Shown here piece after piece: positions 57,141 through 64,000 of a DNA stretch of 64,000 nt. The notes under the pieces are model-generated. The model was not told where the DNA came from. It saw nothing but the letters and a program-made list of their open reading frames with translations, and did no database searches. The position numbers and the translations under genes were made by a program. This DNA is from Lachnospiraceae bacterium (GTDB taxonomy: Bacteria > Bacillota > Clostridia > Lachnospirales > Lachnospiraceae): the NCBI GenBank assembly GCA_017553035.1, contig JAFZNE010000021.1, positions 5,250 through 69,249 on the forward strand. Reading direction: 5' to 3'. Each line of letters begins with the position of its first letter. Positions within the stretch are counted from its first letter, which is position 1.

Positions 57141-60100
57141 ATGGCGGAAAAAAAGAGAAGCGGGACCGTAAAAAACAACGCTTCGACTTCAAATAGAACA
57201 AATAAGAAACCGGCTCGTAAAAAAGCATATGTAAGCAATATGCGGGATGCAAAAGATGCCAGGAGTACAAAGAGCACACCCGGCTCAAGAAGTGCTTCCG
57301 GAACGAAGAGTACGGCCGGGACAAGAACTGCCGGCTCGGGAACGAGGAGTTCTGCGGGAACAAGGACTACGACAGGACAGAAGAGTACTATGCAGGCAAG
57401 GTCCGCAACCGGACAGAAGAACTCCGCGGGAGTTAAAAAGACATCAGCTTCACGCAACGCAGAGAGCACCAGAAGCACCCGTAAATACGAAGAGCACCTT
57501 AAGCTGATCCCGGAGAAGGATGACAACATCAGGGACGAGATCGGACTTGTCATAGCGCTGCTGGTATGCGTACTTCTGTTTTTGAGCAGCCTGAAGCTGT
57601 GCGGAAGCTTCGGAAATATTGTAAATACAGTCGTTTTCGGTCTGTTCGGAAGCTTTGCTTATGCATTTCCGTTTGTTTTATTTGCGGTGGTATTATTTGC
57701 CATTTCGAACAAGAGAAATGCTTCGATCGTAGCGAAGACCATATACTGTTTCCTGATAATGATCGATATTTCGGCAATAGTACAGCTGTTTGCCGGCGGA
57801 TTTGATGAAAATATCGGTTTTGCGGATTATTTCTCTCATTCGCAGCCGGGATATGAGGGCATCGGAAGGACATTCGGAGGACTGCTCGGCGGCGGAACCT
57901 GTAAGATCCTGTGTCCGTTCCTAGGCAATATAGGAGCGGGCTGCGTGATGTTTGCGGCGCTCATCATCCTGCTGATCCTCATACTCGGAAAAGCGATCCT
58001 TACCGCGATAACACACAGATCGGTAGACGGGATCAACAATATCCGTGAGAAAAACCGTATCAGACGCGAAGAAAGAGAAGCCGAAAAGGAAAGAGAAGAA
58101 GAACTGGCGCTTGAGGCAGAACTTGCCGGACAGGATTCGGATGAATATTACGATGATGAATATGACGGGTATGATATTCCCGAGGCATCCGATGAATTCG
58201 AAGGCACAGAGAACAGTGACAGGGCCGAGTATGAGCGTAATCGTAAGAACCGCATCAGACAGCTGAAACAGGCTGCGGACAGACGAAAGAAAAAGGCCGG
58301 AGAAGGCTTTATCGATAAACTGATGAGGATCGGAATGGGGTTGGACAACGATATCAGCCGTATTTCCGAAACTCCTGAGTATCAGGAGCTGAAAGAAAGC
58401 TACGGAATGAGCGATTACGAAATGGGAGAGCTCATTACCGATGTCATTCACGCCAATGAACAGGAAAAAATGGACGGAAGACAGCCCGGAGAGTTGTCAA
58501 GGGATATCGTCCAGAGAGAACTTGATAAGAAATTCGGTGACAGCGGCAAGGTTCAGGTAGTTAATCTCAGGGAGCATTCAAAAGTCATAAAGGAGAATAC
58601 CGGTTATTTTGTGGATAAGGATCCCGATTCCGACGAAGATACCGGTTTTGAAGAACTTGGCGAAGATCTGAAAAAGCAGGTTGCCGGGTTTTATGATGAT
58701 GAGCCGAAAGACTCAAAAACCGCCACTCCGGCATCGAATGCCATCAAAAGCGAAGGATCCGGGGAAGAGAAAGATACGAAGCAAAACGATACTCCGGAGG
58801 GTAAAAACAATACACAGCGAAGCAGCAATACGGGAAAAGACCGGGAAGCTTCGGGAGCGACAGGATTTAATTCCGCTGATCAGATCAGGGAAGAGATGGA
58901 GCGTGTCGAGAGCATCAAGCAGAATCCTCCGTATGTATTTCCTCCGATCAGCCTGCTGAAAGAAGGCGGCAAACATAAAGCAACCGATCAGAATGAACTT
59001 AAGGAGATGGTTGACAAGCTTCAGAGCACTCTTGAAAGCTTTGGGGTTCATGTCAGGGTCGGAGATGCAACATGCGGACCTACGGTAACCAGATATGAGA
59101 TTTATCCGGATCAGGGAGTAAAAGTCAAGACGATCACGGCACTTTCCGATGATATCAAGCTGGCTCTCGCCGTTCCCGATATCCGTATAGAAGCGCCTAT
59201 ACCGGGCAAGGCAGCAGTGGGAATAGAAGTTCCCAACAAGACGACCACACCGGTATCACTGCGTGAGCTGATCGATTCGGATACATTCAAGAATATGAAT
59301 TCCAGGCTTACGATCGCTGTCGGCAAGGATATCGGAGGCAAGATCATCTGCTCGGATATCGCAGATATGCCGCATGCTCTGGTTGCGGGTTCGACCGGTT
59401 CGGGCAAGTCTGTATGCATCAACGCGATGATATTGAGCATACTGTACAAGGCCAAGCCTTCTGAAGTCAAGTTGATACTGATAGATCCCAAACGTGTGGA
59501 ACTTGTGGGATATAACGGAATACCTCATCTGCTGGTTCCTGTTGTTACGGACGTCAAGAAGGCTACCGGTGCACTTAACTGGGCCGTGGCTGAGATGGAT
59601 GATCGTTATAACCGTTTTGCGGACGCCGGAGTCAGCAATCTGGCTGCATATAACAGGCTGATGGAAGAGAAGTATTATGAAGAGGGCGGTACAGCTGAAG
59701 AGTGCCCGGACAAGCTTCCTCAGATACTGATCATTATCGACGAGTTCTGCGATCTTATGATGACCGGCAATGCCAAAGAGGTTGAAGCTGCCGTAGGACG
59801 ACTGACACAGCTGGCACGTGCGTGCGGTATCCATCTGGTGATCGCAACACAGCGTCCGGCCGTAACCGTTATCACAGGTACTATCAAGGCCAATATACCT
59901 TCGCGAATCTCATTTTCACTTACATCGGTTGTTGACTCAAGGACGATCCTTGATCAGGCCGGAGCCGAAAAACTGCTTGGCAAGGGCGACATGCTGTTCC
60001 TGCCTCAGGGTTACCCTCAGCCTGTAAGACTTCAGGGTGCATATGTATCAGATAAAGAGATCGCGGCAGTTGTCGGATTTGTAAAAGAAAACTGCAAGGA

Positions 60101-60482
60101 AGCGATGTACAGCGAACTTGTCAGCAGTCATATCGACAGGATCGCCGCCGGAGACGGCAAAAACGGGAATTCAACGGATACTTCGAAATCAGGCAGCGCT
60201 CCCGAAAATGACAGAGACGAGCTGTTTGAAGAAGCGGGCAGGCTGATCATTCAGGCCAAGAAAGCTTCGATCGGTGCGATCCAGAGAAAATTCCGCGTCG
60301 GATTCAACAGAGCCGCCAGGATCATGGACCAGCTCGCAGAAGAAGGTGTTGTAGGACCCGACGAGGGAACCAAACCGCGCAGCATTTTCATGACCATGGA
60401 GCAGTTTGAGGCTTATCTTGCAGGGGATGAACCCGAAGATGATCCGGGAGAAGCCCCCGGAGCCGGGAATTCGGGAGAGTAA
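57141..60482 (+). CDS. ftsK: DNA translocase FtsK/SpoIIIE
   Basis: The ATG at 57141 follows GGAGGT. Contains TM helices, a long linker, the motor domain LVAGSTGSGKSV and IIDEFCDLMM, and a gamma domain IQRKFRVGFNRAARIMDQLAEEGVVGP. Confidence 0.9.
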   Translation: MAEKKRSGTVKNNASTSNRTNKKPARKKAYVSNMRDAKDARSTKSTPGSRSASGTKSTAGTRTAGSGTRSSAGTRTTTGQKSTMQARSATGQKNSAGVKKTSASRNAESTRSTRKYEEHLKLIPEKDDNIRDEIGLVIALLVCVLLFLSSLKLCGSFGNIVNTVVFGLFGSFAYAFPFVLFAVVLFAISNKRNASIVAKTIYCFLIMIDISAIVQLFAGGFDENIGFADYFSHSQPGYEGIGRTFGGLLGGGTCKILCPFLGNIGAGCVMFAALIILLILILGKAILTAITHRSVDGINNIREKNRIRREEREAEKEREEELALEAELAGQDSDEYYDDEYDGYDIPEASDEFEGTENSDRAEYERNRKNRIRQLKQAADRRKKKAGEGFIDKLMRIGMGLDNDISRISETPEYQELKESYGMSDYEMGELITDVIHANEQEKMDGRQPGELSRDIVQRELDKKFGDSGKVQVVNLREHSKVIKENTGYFVDKDPDSDEDTGFEELGEDLKKQVAGFYDDEPKDSKTATPASNAIKSEGSGEEKDTKQNDTPEGKNNTQRSSNTGKDREASGATGFNSADQIREEMERVESIKQNPPYVFPPISLLKEGGKHKATDQNELKEMVDKLQSTLESFGVHVRVGDATCGPTVTRYEIYPDQGVKVKTITALSDDIKLALAVPDIRIEAPIPGKAAVGIEVPNKTTTPVSLRELIDSDTFKNMNSRLTIAVGKDIGGKIICSDIADMPHALVAGSTGSGKSVCINAMILSILYKAKPSEVKLILIDPKRVELVGYNGIPHLLVPVVTDVKKATGALNWAVAEMDDRYNRFADAGVSNLAAYNRLMEEKYYEEGGTAEECPDKLPQILIIIDEFCDLMMTGNAKEVEAAVGRLTQLARACGIHLVIATQRPAVTVITGTIKANIPSRISFSLTSVVDSRTILDQAGAEKLLGKGDMLFLPQGYPQPVRLQGAYVSDKEIAAVVGFVKENCKEAMYSELVSSHIDRIAAGDGKNGNSTDTSKSGSAPENDRDELFEEAGRLIIQAKKASIGAIQRKFRVGFNRAARIMDQLAEEGVVGPDEGTKPRSIFMTMEQFEAYLAGDEPEDDPGEAPGAGNSGE

Positions 60483-60579
60483 GATTAAGACAGAAGATCG
60501 TTTGGACAGGCGAGAATGATCTTCGGGATGTTTTCCCGGGTATGTAACAGATATACAGCCGGAAAGAGGGGTAAAGGAT

Positions 60580-61521
60580 ATGTCGGAAGAATACTTTGAA
60601 TTGATCGGCAAGATCAGGGACAATATAAAAAGTGTTTTTATCGGGAATGATGTGACCGTCGACAGACTGCTCTGCTGCCTGCTGGCGGAAGGACATCTTC
60701 TGATCGAGGATGTTCCCGGCGTCGGAAAGACCACATTGGCGCTTGCACTTGCCAATTCCGTTAAATGCTCATTTGGAAGGGTATCATTTTCACCCGATAC
60801 GCTTCCTTCGGATATTACCGGACTGTCAGTATATAATTCTTCGACAAAAGAGTTCGAATTCAAACCGGGGCCGGTATTGAACAATATATTCCTGGCCGAC
60901 GAGATCAACAGAACTCCGCCCAAGACCCAGTCCGCGCTTCTCGAAGTGATGCAGGAGAAAAAAGTGACCGCAGACGGGATCGCGTATCCGATAGACGGGG
61001 TATTTATGGTCATAGCGACGCAGAACCCGATAGAATTTGCGGGTACTTATCCGTTACCCGAGGCACAGCTTGACCGTTTCATGATGAAGCTCTCGATCGG
61101 ATATCCTTCAAAAGAGGATGAACTGAAGCTTGCACAGGGCTTCCTTGACGGAAAGGAAGTCGGCAAACTTACCGGTGTGTGTACGATCGAAGATGTGATA
61201 AAACTCCAGGAAGCGGTGAAGAAAGTAAGAGTTGCCGACAATGTAATGGGTTATATCTACAATATCGTGGCGGCGACCCGCAAAGAAAAGCGTTTTGTGA
61301 CCGGAGCAAGCCCCAGAGCGACACTGGCGCTGATACGGGCTGCACAGGCCGCAGCACTTATCGCCGGAAGGGATTATGTCAAGCCCGATGATATAAAGCA
61401 GATGTATGTTCCAGTGCTTCTGCACAGACTGACATTGTCGGTGGAAGCCAGGATGGCTCATGAAGACCCTGAAACCGTGCTTCGGGGACTGATTTCAGGC
61501 GTAGAGGTTCCTGTGAAATAA
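60580..61521 (+). CDS. MoxR-family AAA+ ATPase (AAA_3)
   Basis: Contains GHLLIEDVPGVGKT, FLADEINRTPPKTQSALLEVMQE, ATQNPIEFAGTYPLPEAQLDRF and ASPRA. Confidence 0.9.
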   Translation: MSEEYFELIGKIRDNIKSVFIGNDVTVDRLLCCLLAEGHLLIEDVPGVGKTTLALALANSVKCSFGRVSFSPDTLPSDITGLSVYNSSTKEFEFKPGPVLNNIFLADEINRTPPKTQSALLEVMQEKKVTADGIAYPIDGVFMVIATQNPIEFAGTYPLPEAQLDRFMMKLSIGYPSKEDELKLAQGFLDGKEVGKLTGVCTIEDVIKLQEAVKKVRVADNVMGYIYNIVAATRKEKRFVTGASPRATLALIRAAQAAALIAGRDYVKPDDIKQMYVPVLLHRLTLSVEARMAHEDPETVLRGLISGVEVPVK

Positions 61522-61556
61522 ACTTTTCGGCAATTATTTTTTAAGGATCATTTTCG

Positions 61557-62762
61557 ATGAGAAGAAACAGGATCATATATTACATATTATGCATAGCCGC
61601 GATAGTGCTGGCGAGCTTGTACGGAGGACCGATCACTTATTCCATTTTGTTCGGTCTTCTGCTTATCACGCCTGTTTCGTTTGCTTATCTGCTGACCGTA
61701 TATGCATTCTTCAAACTATATCAGGTAGTACAGAGCAAACATATCAGTGTGTATGAGCCTGTACCGTATTACTTTATACTTCAAAATGAATATCTGCTGA
61801 ATTTCTGCCATATCCGGACCGACATGTATACGACATTTTCATATATCGAGAAAATGCCGGTCAACAAGGAATATGAACTGCTCCCCTATGAAAGCGCCCG
61901 ATACGATACAAGGCTTATATGCCGCTATAGGGGCGATTACAAGGTTGGCATCAAGGATATTACGATAACGGATTATCTGCGACTTTTCAAAATAACATAT
62001 CATGTACCGGAGCCTTTGGGCGTGGTCGTTGCTCCGCGTATCATCAAGCTTACGTCACTAAGGATCGAAAATGATCCTGCACGTAATTCATTTATGGAAA
62101 ATCCCAGACTGTCACAGGATTTTGATGCGGCGGTAAGAGACTATGTGCCCGGAGACCCGGTAAAAGGAATCCATCAGAAACTGAGTGCCAGAGCCGGAAA
62201 ACTGAAGAGCAGGCTCACATACGGAGAAGAAAAGCAGGGGATCGCCATATTCCTTGATACTGACAGGATCAGTATTGATGAATACAAATTCATCCCCGTT
62301 GAGAACAAATGTCTGGAGATAGTACTGGCTCTTGCCAATTATTTCGCGGCATTTTCGATAACCACAACAATGAAATATTATCGTTCCGGGGCTTCTGACG
62401 GTTCATCGCCGGAAAAAGGAAAACAGATCCGTCTTGAAGAGCTTAAGTGCAGGGGACTGGATGAGATGGAGCGATTTCTGGGGGAAACTTCGACAGTACA
62501 GTTCAGGGATAACGGTGATTCCTGGCAGGCTGCGCGGATGATCTCGAAGGATCCGGTATTCCGAAATTGCCTTGTTGCATTTCTGGTCGTTACCGGAACC
62601 TGTGCACAGCTAAACGAAACATTGAATGAACTTTCGATGTCAGGTGTGCATTGCGTGATCTACTATGTGGGTTATGAACCTGACACGAGCGAGATACTAC
62701 CGCTTCAGAACCAGACAGTGATACCGGTGCATCCGGAGGACGATCTGCAGAAGGTGATGTGA
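61557..62762 (+). CDS. DUF58 family protein
   Basis: Two N-terminal TM helices and the DUF58 signature VRDYVPGDPVKGIHQKLSAR. Lies directly after the MoxR ATPase gene. Confidence 0.75.
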   Translation: MRRNRIIYYILCIAAIVLASLYGGPITYSILFGLLLITPVSFAYLLTVYAFFKLYQVVQSKHISVYEPVPYYFILQNEYLLNFCHIRTDMYTTFSYIEKMPVNKEYELLPYESARYDTRLICRYRGDYKVGIKDITITDYLRLFKITYHVPEPLGVVVAPRIIKLTSLRIENDPARNSFMENPRLSQDFDAAVRDYVPGDPVKGIHQKLSARAGKLKSRLTYGEEKQGIAIFLDTDRISIDEYKFIPVENKCLEIVLALANYFAAFSITTTMKYYRSGASDGSSPEKGKQIRLEELKCRGLDEMERFLGETSTVQFRDNGDSWQAARMISKDPVFRNCLVAFLVVTGTCAQLNETLNELSMSGVHCVIYYVGYEPDTSEILPLQNQTVIPVHPEDDLQKVM

Positions 62763-62834
62763 TCGTGTGATGAGGATCGGTGAAGAAGTGCTCGATACAT
62801 ATAAGTTTGGAATTAAGGTTGCAAGAGGTTAGGA

Positions 62835-64000
62835 ATGAAGGCGGACGGAGAGTTTGAGATACGGGAAGAGCTGTATGATTTTGTGTACCGCTCGGTTTTC
62901 ACTTCCGTTATTGCGGTGTTCATGTTCCTGGAAATATATTACGCCGTAGACAGTAAAGTGATCACATCCGGAAATATCATTGCCGTTATAATTACCGGCA
63001 TTTCTTTTAATGCGCTCCTTTTGCTGTACCGCCGTGTTAAACTCTATCTGCTGCCGGCTGTAGCCGTTGTGGCGGTGATACTGTATTTTACGGTCGACAA
63101 AGAAGATATATCGCTGATACTTGAAAGCGTGACCTTCAGCCTTGTACTTATCAGTCTTGCGGCGTTTATCCTTTTCCTGATCTGTGACCGCGTAATGCTG
63201 CTGAATATTATCCTGGCCGGGGGAGTGCTGATCTATATGATCTGCGAACTCTTTTTCGGCTATTATATGCATCGGGCATCGCCTGCTTTCGGGTTTATCT
63301 ATATTTTTGCGGCCTGGATGCGTTTCCTGCGTGACGGGGTCAAAACCGGGGACAGGACGCGTACGAGAAGGTATATTACATTTCTGCTCCCTTTTATCGC
63401 AGCACTGTTTCTGATCCTTGTCATCTTACCCAAACCCAATAAGCCCATCAGCTGGAAATGGGTAGGAGACCTGTACGAATACGCTTCCGAGAAGATCAAT
63501 GTTCTGGCACACAGGATCTCTACAAAGTACGGACGTAATGTTTCGGATTCATTTAAGATCACTTTCGGAATGGATGAAAGGATGACCTATGATAACAGCC
63601 GCGACAGTGCAAGCGAACTGTTCGAGGTCACACCCGACGGTCCGGTATTCGGATATCTGTATATGAAGGGCGAGATATACAATGAGTTTAAGGACGGACA
63701 ATGGTACAACACGCTTCCGGGTGACAAAGATTATTCTTTCATGGATGCATTGGAAACACGCCTTGGTGTGGCAAGGGCAAAAGGCACGATCGATACTTCG
63801 CTGCTCAAGGATACCACGATCAATGTGAAAGTGCTGGATGTCGTCACGCCTATAGTATTTTCACCGTCAAAACTGACTGCATTTACGAATGTTTCGGCCG
63901 ATAAAAATGTTACCGGAGTCAATGAACATCTGCTCTTTAGCAAAAATGCCCCGTATGCGGGAGAATATAAGGTCTCATATGTGCAGTTGAACATTGGAAA
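62835..64000 (+). CDS. Multi-pass membrane protein, 3' end outside the window; its position matches the transglutaminase-domain membrane partner of MoxR/DUF58 operons
   Basis: The frame is open from the ATG at 62835 (after AAGAGG) to the window edge. About six hydrophobic helices are followed by a soluble region. It is absent from the ORF track because it has no stop. No catalytic motif is visible yet. Confidence 0.45.
   Translation, partial: MKADGEFEIREELYDFVYRSVFTSVIAVFMFLEIYYAVDSKVITSGNIIAVIITGISFNALLLLYRRVKLYLLPAVAVVAVILYFTVDKEDISLILESVTFSLVLISLAAFILFLICDRVMLLNIILAGGVLIYMICELFFGYYMHRASPAFGFIYIFAAWMRFLRDGVKTGDRTRTRRYITFLLPFIAALFLILVILPKPNKPISWKWVGDLYEYASEKINVLAHRISTKYGRNVSDSFKITFGMDERMTYDNSRDSASELFEVTPDGPVFGYLYMKGEIYNEFKDGQWYNTLPGDKDYSFMDALETRLGVARAKGTIDTSLLKDTTINVKVLDVVTPIVFSPSKLTAFTNVSADKNVTGVNEHLLFSKNAPYAGEYKVSYVQLNIG

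Overview
This window is a 64-kb stretch of a Bacillota (Firmicutes) chromosome. Gene order and content suggest a Clostridia/Lachnospiraceae-like organism, but I cannot verify that without a database search. It holds about 55 tightly packed protein genes, and all but two are on the + strand. In order: an ABC transporter tail plus an orphan histidine kinase; a clpS-clpA-aat N-degron cluster; CIRCE-controlled clpB; polA-coaE; an FtsA-like ATPase; an MBL/ACT/UPF0210 trio; two LCP paralogues coupled to a small alarmone synthetase; rRNA and tRNA modification genes; a GGDEF-EAL protein; recU; a his operon (hisZGDBA plus an unusual HisF-like::HisIE fusion); hpt; a reverse-strand GH51 arabinofuranosidase; the rimP-nusA-ylxR-ylxQ-infB-rbfA-nrnA-truB-ribF...rpsO-pnp supercluster; an O-antigen-ligase-like protein; ftsK; and a MoxR-DUF58-membrane protein triad that runs off the window end. 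I found no rRNA, tRNA, CRISPR array, transposase, integrase, or recognisable phage or defence gene. I do not see a clear-cut novel multi-gene system; this is mostly core genome. The best leads are: (1) an actin-fold ATPase with three ThiS-like beta-grasp-looking modules; (2) a his operon lacking hisH/hisF at the locus, with a degenerate HisF-like barrel fused to HisIE; (3) an LCP gene translationally coupled to a RelQ/RelP-type synthetase; (4) a ribF lacking the riboflavin kinase domain, next to an inserted transglutaminase-like gene; and (5) the uncharacterised MoxR-DUF58-membrane protein operon. All family assignments come from reading motifs in the translations by eye, not from searches.
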